NCBI GenBank assembly: GCA_977862235.1
Contig: OZ374560.1
Span: 2,046,001 to 2,110,000, forward strand
Length of the DNA: 64,000 nucleotides
From: Dudresnaya verticillata
Taxonomy: Eukaryota
Direction of reading: 5' to 3'
Part shown: positions 26,486 to 39,008 of the stretch, piece after piece
Position numbering within the stretch: the stretch's first letter is position 1
Layout of the letters: every line of letters starts with the position of its first letter
Program-made: the position numbers and the translations under genes
The notes under the pieces: model-generated
Told to the model about the DNA's origin: nothing
Databases searched by the model: none
Seen by the model: only the letters and a program-made list of their open reading frames with translations

Positions 26486-27382
26486 TGTGGTGCAAGGGGA
26501 GGCGAGCCCTTTTTCGCTGAAAGCGGTCGGACTAAATACGTCGACCGACGGAGAAACCGCCACCGGCGCTCACCACCGCCGTTGGCGCGCGAACACGTCA
26601 TCGACGGCTTGCTGAGGCGCGCGCGCGCACTGCGCGCCGCGCGCCACGCGGGCACCGTACAGTGCTGGGCCGACCTGGCGCCTCGGGGCACTGTAGCGCG
26701 GATCCGGATGCGATCCGGATCCGGCATCCAGATTGCCTATCTGGATCGCCTAAGCTGTAAGGTATGCGCCTGTAAGGCTGCGGGTATCAGCATTGCTGGT
26801 CCGATCCGGATGGGATCAGGATCGGACAAGTACCAGATTAGATCTAAGGCACACGCTCTACAGTGCGCGCGCACGCGCGGCTGTAAGACACACGCGTCCA
26901 CGTGTACGTGTAAGCACCCACACAGGGGATTGTACGGCGATCTATCAGACGCGCGGCTGCATGCGACGCGTGATCTGTCAGACGCGCCTCGGGACGACAC
27001 GTGTCCCGAGTTCCCGCGCTACACGCACGCCGCCGCGCCGCCGTACTATACTTAGGTAAGCCGTCCCAGACGTCACAGTAAACGCCCAGGCAAGCCGGCC
27101 TTGGTCCAGACTTCCCCGTTCCGCACGCGCGCATTCTACCGCTGCCTACGGCTAAGCGTCTACCTCCCGTGCTTCCACGTCTACCATCGTCCTTGACGTG
27201 TTCCCTTTCTTTTTCCCTTTTCCTTCCTTTCCGCCTCGGGCGTTTACAGTCCGCCCAAGGCGTGCCCCTTTTGCTCTACCACCAAGTCGCCCACGGCGGG
27301 ACTACCTACCGCCGAGGGCGCAGCTACCCACCGAGCCCCGAACTGCTCGGCGGTCTATCGTCACTGGACGCTTTGCACCACA
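26486..27382 (+). repeat. 5' LTR
   Basis: One difference seen versus 40471-41367 (G26991/A40976). Confidence 0.97.
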
Positions 27383-27384
27383 TC

Positions 27385-27397
27385 TGGTCTCCCGACC
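27385..27397 (+). promoter_or_regulatory. primer binding site, possibly tRNA-Tyr
   Basis: TGGTCTCCCGACC 2 nt after the LTR; complement ends GGGAGACCA as in yeast tRNA-Tyr; primer identity is inferred. Confidence 0.65.
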
Positions 27398-27509
27398 TAG
27401 AAGCAGTGCTACGTTTCAACGAGTTTCTCCGTCGCGCGACGTCCGACTCTCCGTCTCTGACGTTTGTCGCGAATCGTCCACGACGTTCAAGCAACTCTAC
27501 GATTGTATC

Positions 27510-30074
27510 ATGGCCTCACGACCGCCGCCGTCGCGAGGCCCAAGTTCAAGAAGACCGTCTTCGACGCCTGGGAGTGTACCCGCGTCTGAACGGTGGTCGC
27601 TACAGCGGATGACAAAGAGGTCGGGGCGCCTCGTGAGCCCCGAGATCGCGTCGGCGTTCCCGACGCTACCCCCGGGCCACGGCCACGTAGGCTCCCGCGC
27701 GTCGCTCAACGGAGGAGAGTTACCTCCCCCGCCGACGCGCCACAACCCCGTCGTCGTCCGCGCCTCCGTCCCCGAGGGATCGGCCCTCCGCACCTACCGC
27801 TCCTACGTTGACTCGGCTGATACAGTACAAGCCGAGCAACAGGACGTCGTAGACGGAACACAAGCCGACATCGTCGCGGGACAACCGGAACTTCCGGATC
27901 AACCAACCATCCCCGTCAACGACGATCAAGCGCACTCTGCGGAGCGCAACGTCGCTGACGAACCATTGACACAAGGGGCATGTTGCCCCACTCCCCACGG
28001 CAGTGCCGGTTGTTCGCCGGCTAAGCCGAATTCGCCACGTCAAAGGGCGCAAGGGACGCCCGACCGGTCCAACGGCGAAAGCCAACCGCCAACGGCGTCA
28101 CCCTCGGCCGTCCGCGTGAGTAACTTAACGATACCACGCGAACGGATCCGAGAGGTGTGCGTCTTAGAGGACGATGCGATGCTCGCTCGGTTCGCCGGGT
28201 TGCTGGACGACAGTGTCGGAGGAATCGCAAGTCGTCTACAGACGTTGGAAGAGGATCGGAACGGCGCCCTACAAGGGCTACGCTCCGACCTCGACCGTCT
28301 ATTGACGAACCAAACCGCCCAAGGCGAGGGTACACAACCACCGCCGGCAGTAACGGTTCATTCGCATTCTGAGCTTAGCTCACGCGAACGCTTTCAGCGA
28401 CTTGCGACCCGCTTAGAGCGTCTCGAAACCGCCAAGTGGCGCAATGGTCCGCCGTCAGGTGACGAGAGCTCAGGCGAAGATCGTCACAGACGTAAGGACC
28501 GGAAGAAACGCCGTCGGAAGCTACGTCAGAGATGGAAGAAGAATCGTCATCGACGAGGGGGCTCATCCTCATCGTCTTCGGACTCGTCAAGTGACGGAGA
28601 GTCATCGGACTCTTCGTCTGAAGACGACGACTTCCCAACTCTCGGCAGTGCCGCAAGACCTCGCGGAAAGCGGTTCAAGGGGTTGAAGGAGCTACGCCCC
28701 TCCAACCCCCTTTTCGATCAGCTATTATCGCACCGGACTTACCGTCTCAAAGACGTAGGACAAAAACGCTCAGGGCGCGATACGGGCAAGGTCAAGGACA
28801 ACATTAAGCGACTGGAGCTGACCATGAAGGACGCCGCCTTCAACGGCAGCGACCCCGTCATGGTCCTCGAGTTCCTGACGCGTTACGCGGATGAAGCCGA
28901 TACGCTGGAGATGAGCGAAGCCCAAGCGTTCGTCGCGCTGCCGTACTTCTTGCGAGGTACGGCAGCCACGCAATTCCGCTCCGTCAAGTCGACGTCTTCT
29001 CGCCATCGCGGCGGGGTGTCTTCGTCCGGAGGCGGTACAGTACCTCCTCCGTACGTATGCTACGACAGCGGCGATCAGGGACACGGTCCTCGCCCTACGG
29101 TCGACTGACCAAAAGCAAGGCGAGGACGAGACGACCTATGGGATGCGGCTAGCCGGTGCGTGTATTCGTTGCGGTAACGTATATCCCGATTGGGAAAAGA
29201 TGACGCTGTACATCGACGGGTTAGACCCGTCGATCAGGTCCCTGGTCGCTCGCTTCCGAGAAGAAACGCCAAGGGCGGAGTTGTCATTTCAGCGGCTGGT
29301 CCACTTCGCACAGGACGAAGGGGATGCCAACCGCGCACGACACGGCAGAGCCGGTTCCACGTCAGCACGACGCGACTTACTGACACCAGCTCAAGCCGTA
29401 CGCACACCGCGATCCGCCATCGGCGATGCCCGAGGGGTACTGCGTCCACCGACGAGAGGCGCCAAGCCTGGAGCGCGCGCTATGATAGCGGAGTCCTCCG
29501 TCGAGTTCCGAGACGTAAGTCGCCCTGTCGATGACATGGAAACACACGCCGAAGGTGATTTGTACTTGGCAGACGAACAAGCGTCGGTGCCAACATCGGC
29601 CCTACCGACAGACAGCTTCGTCGATGACGAGGACGAAAGGGATATGGACCCTGCTCCGCCTTTGGGCGCTCGGTCGTACCAGCGCCAGGCGTCCCCTATT
29701 CCGAGTATGCTCCTCACGTCCACCGAGCAAGGCCCGGATGGCAGGACAGAGGCCCACCCCGTCAAGAAGCACGTCGGCAGCTGGTATGCCACCAATGCTA
29801 CGCCCGCGGACACATCGCGCCGGACTGCTTCCTCCGCATGAGCGACTTCATGAAGGTTATTACCAACTATGAAGGACTAACCGAAGCCGAGAAGGCTGGT
29901 GTCCCCGCTGATGCGTATGTACGTTGCAAGGAACGCGCGACTCGCGACGCTGCTCGCCGTGCTGCACGACCACAATTGCCACGGGGCGGACCCATGCCGC
30001 ACGCGGCCGAACGTCACCCGACGATGATCAACCGCTATGTAGCGCCGCAACCACCGCCGCAGGCGAAAAACTAA
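27510..30074 (+). pseudogene. gypsy gag with frameshifts
   Basis: FNGSDPVMVLEFL capsid-like motif; zinc knuckle CHQCYARGHIAPDC near 29785-29830 in the frame of 29838..30074. Confidence 0.85.
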
Positions 30075-33000
30075 CTCGGGCACCAAATCCTGACACTGGG
30101 GTGTCGCACCACGAAGAGAGGCCTAGGCCTCGGGTGCTGACACGGAAGGAGGGCCCGAAGTTAGTTACTGATGACGCCGACGGGCGGATAGAGTCGTCAC
30201 AGACGTCATAAAAACGCCCATGGCGAAGGTACCAACCCCCACAGGCGCGAGGACAGTTGTTCGTAATGGCCAAAAGGAACTATAAGGTGTACGCCGACAT
30301 CGGCGTAACCGTTAGTACCTTGGCACGTAAACTCACTGTCCTCGACACGGGGGCTGGTCCGAATTTCATTCGCATTGACGATATTCCGCTGGAAGCGCGA
30401 TCGCGCATCGTGGCAAAGAGCCTCCCCGTCATAGCCGACGCCAACAACAAGGCGATCCAGACAAGAGGCACCATCGACCTGGTCGTTCGTCTAGGTCTAG
30501 GACGGAGAGTCGTCAAGTTGGAACTGATCGTTTGCGAACGACTCGCTGCGCCGGTAATACTCGGCTGCGACTTTTGCGACCGCTTTGTCGAAGCAATATA
30601 TCCGCGAAATCGCGAGGTTGAATTGGATGACGGGACTCGTGTCCCTATAACCCGCCGCCCGCTGCGCCGACCCCCGTCGTATCCTCCGTTACCAACGGAA
30701 CAGGAATACGGCAAGGCCGATGGGAGGACGTCGCCCAAGATCCGAGTTGCCGAGCGCGCGATCATCCCGCCTAAGGCGCAGCAATGGGTATCGGTGACCA
30801 CCGAGCGCGCCGGCATCATCACAATGTAACCGTTCGGAACGCTGTACGACAAACAAGGTCTGGCCGTTACGAACGGGATTGCTCAAGTGGAGCCGCTAAA
30901 AGCGTTTCGCATTCTGGTTGCCAACTTCTCTCCCCGCCCGCAGGCGTTAGCCAAGGGCCAAGTCGTCGCGACGGTGTTACCACATCCGACAGCAGTGTTC
31001 CCCAGTCACGTAAGTCTAGCCGATGTTTTGGGCCTCACCGAGGAACAAGCCGAGGAAGAGAAGGCAAACCAAGATTTCCGTTTTCAAACGAATGATAACA
31101 CTGCGGCACAGCCGGATACTTTCACGAAGTCTATCAAGGAAACCACTGCCAAACCTCCGTCAGTAGACGATTTAGACCTTGGACATCTCCCCGCCGAGCA
31201 TCAAGGCCGACTCAAGGAGATGTTGCGCAAGTATTCGTCTATGTGGGACGGGTCGTTGGGAGAAATCTCAACCACGGAGCACTACATCGACTTGCTTCCC
31301 GGTTCTAGACCGATATCGTCCCCGCCCTACCGAGCGGGGCCGAAGCAAAGACAACTCGCTCAAGCGGAAGTGGACCGCATGCTGCGTCAAGGGGTTATCG
31401 AACCCGCACAATCGCCGTGGGCGTCACCTGTGGTCTTCGCCCCCAAGAAGGACGGGACCCTCCGCTTTTGCGTGGACTACCGTCGTTTAAACGCAGTAAC
31501 CATACGGGACACGTACCCGCTGCCGCGTATCGACGAATGCATCGACAGTCTAGGGGAAGCAAACGTCTTCACCACCCTAGACTGTAACAGTGGGTACTGG
31601 AAAGTGCCGATCAATCCGCGAGACCGCGATAAGACTGCGTTCACGTGCCACGCCGGACTGTTCCGCTATAAGCGTATGCTATTCGGTCTCACGAACGCAC
31701 CCGCTACGTTTCAACGAACGTTGGACATCCTGCTCGCTGGTTACAAATGGCGTTCGTGCCTCGTCTACCTCGATGACGTAATAATCTTCTCCAGCGACAT
31801 CGACAGCCACTTCCGTCATGTTGACGAGATCCTTTCGACATTGCACCGCGCCGGGGTGACTCTGAAGTTAACCAAGTGTGACTTCTTCACCCCGACCGTC
31901 AACTACTTAGGACACGTCATACGTCCAGGACGGTTAGAAGTTGACCGAACTGTCACTGCCGCGCTACGCGAAGCCAAGCATCCACGGGATCAGAAGGAGC
32001 TACGGAGTTTTCTCGGTCTTTGTAACGTCTACAGACGGTTCGTCTCGCGATACGCGCATGTCGCTGCCCCCCTCAACAAGTTGCTGAGGAAGGAACAGGA
32101 CTTCCGGTTACAACCGTTTGATGAGACACAAGCCAAAGCGTTCAGTACGCTCGTCGAGGCCGTGACTCATCCGCCTATACTGGCGCTACCACAGCAGGGT
32201 CTCCCCTATTCCGTCGATTGTGACGCAAGCGAGTATCAGGTCGGCTGCGCTCTCTTTCAGACGCAGCCCGACGGGGAACGTAAGCCGCTCGGCTTCTGGT
32301 CCCGCTCGCTCACCGCTCCGGAGCGTAACTACTCGGTCTCCGAAAAGGAGTGCCTCGCAGTAGTATGGTCCGTCATGACGCTGCGACCTTACCTCCAGAT
32401 GGAGTCGTTCACAGTCCATACGGACCATTCGTCGTTGAGGTGGCTGATGGAAATCAGCGACCCCTCTGGACGGTTAATGCGGTGACGCCTTCGCCTTTCC
32501 GAGTTCGACTTTGTCGTGAAGTACAAAAAGGGGTACCTGAATACCCAGGCAGATGCCCTTTGGCGTCTATAGACGAAGGGAGAAACCGTCGAGCCCATTG
32601 ACGATGATATACCGTGCTACCACGGAAGCTACGTCGAAGACGGCCATCAAACGTCACAGGACGATCTGTCAGACGCCGAAGGCGAGGTCGACTTTGCCGA
32701 ACGAGAGTTCGAAGAGTTCGACCAAGTGTTGATCAACAACACGCCACCGGCGGATGCGGTACTCCTTCGTCAAGTGACGCATGAGGAGTTGGTACACGCC
32801 CAAGGCGATGACAAGTACTGTAACGATGTCAAGAAACGTCTGGATGACGGAATCATATTGCCGTTCGCAACGGACGAACAGGGCCTGTTGGTCCGAACAG
32901 TGGAAGTCCGTCCGCAAGTGGTCGTACCCTCCGCGTTACGCGCTCGCTTACTCCACCTCCGGCACCACGCCAAGTTGGCAGGGCACCCAGGGGGGCGTAA

Positions 33001-34798
33001 GTTGTATCATACGCTTCGACGCGAATACTATTGGCCATCGATGCCAGTGGACTGCTATGCGACCGTCCGCAACTGCGTAACTTGCGCTAAGAATCGCGTA
33101 TTACTACGAAAGAACACCAAGCAATTGAAGTTGTTCCCGGCAACCGAGCCTCTCGAGTTTGTATCGATCGACATCCTGGGCGAATTCATACGCACGAAGC
33201 GAGGAAACAAGTTCCTACTCGTCATTGTGGACCGCTTCTCGAAGCTGGCCCGGACGGTCCCACTGCGTAGTATTACGGCATTGGAGATCGCTAAAGCGTT
33301 TGTACGACATTGGGTCTTCGTGTACGGTCCTCCCAAGAAACTGTTGTCCGACAACGGACCACAGTTTGTGGCTAAGCTGTTTCAGGATATCTGCCGTCTG
33401 TTGGGATTGGAGAACCTCTTCACCACGACGTACCATCCGCAATGCAATGGCCAGGTAGAACGATTTAATCGAACTATCCTGGCCTCGCTGCGTCACTACG
33501 TTGCGGATCATCCGAGAGACTGGGACCTGTTCACGGATGGCTTGACGTTCGCATACAACACACAGTTGCATTCGTCTACGCATCTCGCTCCGTTTGAATT
33601 GGTGCTGTCGAAGCCACCACGACCATTGTCGCTCGAAGCGGAACCGTCGCTCGAAAGCGTACCCACCGCGGGGCAATACTACACCAAGTGGCGAACCTGG
33701 CTGGCCGCACTGATGGGAACCGCTAAAGCGTCGTTAGAGAAAACTCAAGCACGTTACAAACGAAACTTCGATACCCGATTAAGGAAATCGAAGGAAACAA
33801 TCGCCGTAGGCGACTTCGTATTCGTACGTAAGGAATACTTCGCCCGAGGCTAGAGCACGGATCGCGCAGAGCGTAAGCATAAGCTGGCGCCAGTGGCGGA
33901 CGGACCATACCGGGTAACTGACGTTGATAACGAGACAGTAACCGTCGACAAGGGACGTGATGAGCGGGAACGTTTGTCCCGAGACCGCGTGGTCTGGGCG
34001 CCGACCCCACCGGGTCAGGCGTCCCCTCCAATCGTCGTACCACCAGGCCCGCCTGAGGAGCAGGACGCAGTCGCCCCCACGTCACAAGACGAAGGGACAA
34101 CTACCCCAAGCACGCCACCAGCGGACCCGGAGGGGGACGCAGAGACTTCGCATATTGCGGGAGATCCGCAAGAGCGTACGATCACAGCGTCACGCAGTCG
34201 TGGGTTGGCAGAGCTTTCGCCCTTCGCCGCCGATCCCAACGACCGCGCTTCGCAATCCTTCCCCAACGACGACAGTACCCCAGGGGTTCGCACCCGTTTG
34301 GAACACGTCACTACGGCACCGCCGAATGAGAACAATGACTCCGCTGAAAGCGCATCCGATAACGAAGACGTTATCCGTGCAAGCACGAAGCAAGGCGCTA
34401 AAAGCGATGAACTCGTCTCAAGACGCAACAATCCACTGACCGCTGATCGAGCGTCCGAGGCCCAAGGCCAACACCTTCGGCGATCAACTCGTCGAGTACG
34501 CTTCGCCGAGCCGGAACAGACGCCCATCACGCAACGAGACAAACCGCCAAAGGCGCTGGACAGGCCCGCGTCCAAGCCGAACGCTGTGAGCGGAACAGAA
34601 TACGTGATCGAACGCATAGAGTCGCACGCATACGCGGGTGATGATGAGATCCTCTACCGCGTCAAGTGGTTTGGATGCCCCTCTTCAGCGAACACCTGGG
34701 AGCCAGTCTCCAGTTTGCCGCGCTCCCACGTCACACGATACCACCGTCTCAAACGTATGCAGCTGCCGCCAAACGTCGACGACGCGCAACGCGGCTAA
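30071..34798 (+). pseudogene. gypsy pol: protease, RT, RNase H, integrase, chromodomain; five in-frame stops
   Basis: LDTGAG; RFCVDYRRLN; YLDD; CDASEY; GHPG..CVTC; SIDILG; SDNGPQF; NGQVERFN; YRVKWFG..NTWEP; stops at 30209, 30827, 32483, 32568, 33851. Confidence 0.95.
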
Positions 34799-36068
34799 CC
34801 CTAGTCCGGAAATACCGCTGGAAGCGAATGGACGGACGATCGAGCCCACGTGCTCGACCTACGATCGACAACGGCGCGGAAGCTCAACCCATGCCCTGTG
34901 GACGCGGTCGAAGGAGCGACAGCGCCAACCACGCGTGCACGCCATGGACGAACGGGGACGCAAGTCGTTGCGTCATAGACAGCCTCGCGCCGCCACCTCG
35001 CAGCAGCCCCCATACGGAACTTCTAGATGGGTGCGCTGTTGACAGTGGATCCAGATCGCAAATCGAGATCCGCCGCCGGCGACCCTCGGGTAATATGAGG
35101 CAGTAATTGGCCCAATTTTAATTTCCAAACACAGCAGCGCGCACCACCCCGCCGTCAACGCAGGACGAACGCAATTATGCCAAGTGGCTGAGCAGGTGCT
35201 ACGAGCCCCAGCGACGACAGGCGCAAAGTGGCAGCCCACGACAACCGTCTCCGACGTCGAGACGTGCCTCGCCCCACGGCCAAGGCCCTGGGACCGCCAC
35301 CCTGCCGGCCACGGTCTCGCGCGCAAGACCCGTCGAACGTCTCCGACGTAACTCGCCGAGAAGGGGCGCACTGACAAACCCACCCCCGAAGGGGGGGAAG
35401 GTGGTCGAAGACGCAGTTGCTGCAGGTTCCGTGCACGACGCGCCAACAAATCGCCAACGACTCCGCCGCTGCCTGCAGCCGCCGCGCCGCAGTCGCGTGA
35501 GCGCGACAACTCTACCCTACCCCCAAGGAGGCACGTCGAAGACGAAGGTGGCGGCAGCGCCAAGGCGTCAAAACCTACCTCACCGCCTTCGCGACCCTCG
35601 TAGAGGACGCCGGCAAACCACGCCCAAGGCGCAGTGCGACACACGCATTACAAAAACGCTAAGTAAGCGTAAATACGACAACGCCACGCGTGAACCACGA
35701 AGAACAACGCTACTACAGCGGACCCTACTGGACAAACACAGCCAAGTGCCAACGCACGGCCAAGGCTAAAGGCATCAAACGACAGCGCTACTGTAGCGGA
35801 CAACCAAGAACACGACGCAAAGTCGAAAGTGGATCACAAGGTTACACCCTAAGGCCAACGCGAAACGCGACACATAAAGACGCTGACAATGGCCGAAGTT
35901 TACTGGGCTAAAGACAAATGGGGAAAACCCCTCGCCCTAGCGATTGACCACTACAGGTACATTAATCGTCAAAGACGAAGGAGAATACTCCGCTCGTCGC
36001 TCCAGCAAAGGAGCCGAAGGGGCAACACAATACGCACCTCGCGTCCGCTACCCGTTCCTGAAACGACA

Positions 36069-38372
36069 TCAAGACTCCTTCGTCGCAGACGAATCGGCTG
36101 GCACGTCCCCAGCGCCTTCGGCGGACTTACGCAACGCCTCTTCGTAGAGGTCTTCCTCCGTCGTTGACGGCACACTCACGGCAGGAGCCGGGGCGGATCG
36201 CAAAGGCCTTGCCACCGCAACTGCCGGAGCGGCTGCAACAGGCGCCGCAGGCGAAGTGGGAGACTCATCAATCGCCTTGGGCGTCGTCGCGACAATATCC
36301 GCCAAAGGCGATGAAGCAATAACACCCGCCACAGGCGCAGAGCCTAAGCTACCATTCGCCTTAGGCGCGGGCACAGCCCCATCCGCTTTAAGCGTACTCA
36401 ACGACTCGTCGACCGCCTTTGGCGTCAATTCAGAAACCGCCTTGGTTGGCGTCGCTTCTTCACTCGCCTTCGGCGTTGTTAATCCGACACCCGTCAATGA
36501 CGCAGGAGCACTTAGCCCCTTTTGAACCGTCGACGACGCTACAGTGGCATTCGCCTCGCTCGCCGCAGGCGGTACAGTCATATTCACGTCCTTAGACGCC
36601 GGACCATTCGCCTTAGGCGACGAAGGCTTCTCCGCCACACCGTCCTTCGACGCAGAACCTACGACACTAGTCGACTTCGGTGCGGGTCCACCCTGAGGTG
36701 GGACCGTAGCCGACAAAGCTTGGCTCATCCACTCAGTGGGTGAGCCGCTCAAACCGCTAGTAGCGACGCCTGCCGCCTGCAATAACGCAAGCACGGTGCG
36801 GCGCTGTTCTTCGGTCCAAACCGGCACCGGAGCTGGACCCCCAGAACCGTCTGCGACGCTTGATGCTTCGCCTTGAGGCGTCACGGTCGGCGGAGCCGGC
36901 TCAAGTATTGGCGTCACCATAACGGCATCGCCATCACCGTCAGCGACGGGAGCCGCAAGGTCCAGAGGAGCAACAGCTGGCAGGCCAGCTGGCACTCCAC
37001 CGCCACCGACAGCGCCTCCGGGCAAAGCCGAAGACGCGGGCACAGGCTCGGCAGTCGACTCAACCGCCATAGGCGTAGCAATGTCCGTCCCAGACGGGTT
37101 CTCCGGTCCGCCATCGGCGTTAAACGCATCCTCCTCGGCCATTAAGGCGCTCAGATGCGGAGGAAAATCACCGACAAAGTCGCAGCTCTTACGCAAACCA
37201 CGCGGGTGATTACCTGGGGTGAAGCGGTCCGTTTTGCGATGGCGCTCCGCAATGTTCTTCGTCGTACGACGCTTAGTCCACGGGTTATAATGGACCCAAT
37301 CGCCACAGGCGGAGTGAGTCCGACTCATCGCGAATCGCGGACGGTTCGCCTTACGGCGGTTGTTTGCATACGGCACCATTGCCGGGTCGTTCCAGTCAAT
37401 CTCATTCGCCACCGCGCGCAGGTTCGAGAACTCCTCGGCGTTCCGGGACCCGCCAAATATTTCGACCAAGTCGAGGCTGCCAAGCTGAGCCACCACACGC
37501 GGGGGCAAGTGGTACATACGGAAGGTGTCATACACCTCCCATAACCACGCATACGCCACATTGGCGACCCACTCCGTGTAAAACACGATCCAATGCCTGG
37601 AATAGGGGTCGGTCATCAGCTCGGAACCCAGATACGTAACACACGGAGGAAGCTCTACGGAGAAACCCTCGCATATCTCAAACTCGCGCCACACTGGCGG
37701 TACCTTCACGAAACAAAACGGCAACTTACTACGCTCAATGCGGTCAACCTGCATGTCCTGGTAAGGCACGAATACGCCCTTTCGGCGACGCGTCTCGCAC
37801 TCCCACCGGATACAACGCTCCCAAAAGAACGTACCCGTACGATGCAGGTAACGAAAATCCGCATTCAAGCGTACGCCTAAGAGGTAGGCCTCTCCCAACA
37901 CACGAGGCTCAATCGACACGCTCACATGTTTGAGCGACAACGTCCCAAGAAGAGCACCATATTCGGCTTCGCCGGCTGTGCGGTATTGTCCCGCATCATA
38001 ATTGAACAGGGGCGGCGTTAACGTCGACCCCGGATAACGCGTGAAGCGACGATACACGTCTGAGACGAACTGCGCGTGGACGTCCGCACGCGACTGTCCC
38101 GCTCGCACCCAAAGCCATTCTGCAGGAACGGCACAGAGTGACTTCCATTCCAACGTCCAGACGACGCCGAGGGGCAAGCCCCCCGGCAAGAAACCGCTAG
38201 TAGCGTAATGAGCAACTAATTCTTCCTCGCGCAAGGCCTCTTGGTCGAACCAGGGGGCCCGCGCGAAGAAGTGCGCGTGATCGCGAGGGTTCTTTCCGAC
38301 GAAGTCGACCGGCGAAGCGTACACCGGCGCAGCCGAAGATGCTGCCACCTGCATGCCATTGAACATCGGCAT
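36069..38372 (-). CDS. intact 767-aa antisense ORF of the gypsy element, unknown function
   Basis: Open ATG-to-stop ORF between pol and the PPT; aromatic-rich N-terminal ~400 aa, Ala/Pro/Ser-rich tail. Confidence 0.85.
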   Translation of the reverse strand: MPMFNGMQVAASSAAPVYASPVDFVGKNPRDHAHFFARAPWFDQEALREEELVAHYATSGFLPGGLPLGVVWTLEWKSLCAVPAEWLWVRAGQSRADVHAQFVSDVYRRFTRYPGSTLTPPLFNYDAGQYRTAGEAEYGALLGTLSLKHVSVSIEPRVLGEAYLLGVRLNADFRYLHRTGTFFWERCIRWECETRRRKGVFVPYQDMQVDRIERSKLPFCFVKVPPVWREFEICEGFSVELPPCVTYLGSELMTDPYSRHWIVFYTEWVANVAYAWLWEVYDTFRMYHLPPRVVAQLGSLDLVEIFGGSRNAEEFSNLRAVANEIDWNDPAMVPYANNRRKANRPRFAMSRTHSACGDWVHYNPWTKRRTTKNIAERHRKTDRFTPGNHPRGLRKSCDFVGDFPPHLSALMAEEDAFNADGGPENPSGTDIATPMAVESTAEPVPASSALPGGAVGGGGVPAGLPAVAPLDLAAPVADGDGDAVMVTPILEPAPPTVTPQGEASSVADGSGGPAPVPVWTEEQRRTVLALLQAAGVATSGLSGSPTEWMSQALSATVPPQGGPAPKSTSVVGSASKDGVAEKPSSPKANGPASKDVNMTVPPAASEANATVASSTVQKGLSAPASLTGVGLTTPKASEEATPTKAVSELTPKAVDESLSTLKADGAVPAPKANGSLGSAPVAGVIASSPLADIVATTPKAIDESPTSPAAPVAAAPAVAVARPLRSAPAPAVSVPSTTEEDLYEEALRKSAEGAGDVPADSSATKES

Positions 38373-38397
38373 GACGTCAACGACGAGAATATGTTAA

Positions 38398-38757
38398 CGC
38401 CAAGGGCGATGCTTGTACGAACGTCAAAGATGACTCGTGTCCTGCGCCACTGGCGAAAGCTTCAAGAAGCGTGCGTCGAAGACGATTACTGTTGCAACGC
38501 CTTAGGCGAGGAAAGGAAACCCACGTCAACGACGTTCAGCTGCTGCGCCAACGGCGATGCCAAAAGCAAACGACGTCGAAGACGACTACTGTTGCGACGC
38601 CTTAGGCGAGAGAAGGAAACCCGCGTCAACGACGTTTGACTGCTGCGCCAATGGCGATGCCGAAGGCAAACGACGTCGACGACGATTAAGTTGCAACGCC
38701 CCAGGCGAGGGATATACGATAGACGTCAACGACGGAGCTCGTTATGCGCCACAGGCG
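38398..38757. repeat. tandem array with ~50-bp periodicity (~100-bp higher-order unit) carrying eight CGCC-N3-GGCG sites
   Basis: Sites at 38398, 38445, 38498, 38546, 38598, 38646, 38697, 38747. Confidence 0.9.
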
Positions 38758-38966
38758 GTGAGGTCGGGGCAGCGTACGCAGCCGCACGAGTACGCAAACG
38801 CAACAAGAGCGGAGTTCTTACGGCACAGCCGAGGTCGCAGTCGCACGCGGCGCACCAATACAATACGCGAAGGCGCGGGGACTCGCTCGCAAGGCGCGGA
38901 AGTCGGCAGGGACGCAACGGCAGAACGCACGGCAGCAGGTTGACGGTCGGGTCGTGTTCGCGTTTT

Positions 38967-39008
38967 GGAGGGGGGTCGTGTGGTGCAAGGGGAGGCGAGC
39001 CCTTTTTC
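38967..39008 (+). other. polypurine tract plus first ~30 bp of the original 3' LTR
   Basis: GGAGGGGGG then TGTGGTGCAAGGGGAGGCGAGCCCTTTTTC starting at 38979. Confidence 0.9.

Noticed and set aside
38398..38757. CRISPR-like array
   Set aside because: The intervening sequences are related to each other, there are no cas genes, and it lies inside a retrotransposon; it is a tandem repeat.
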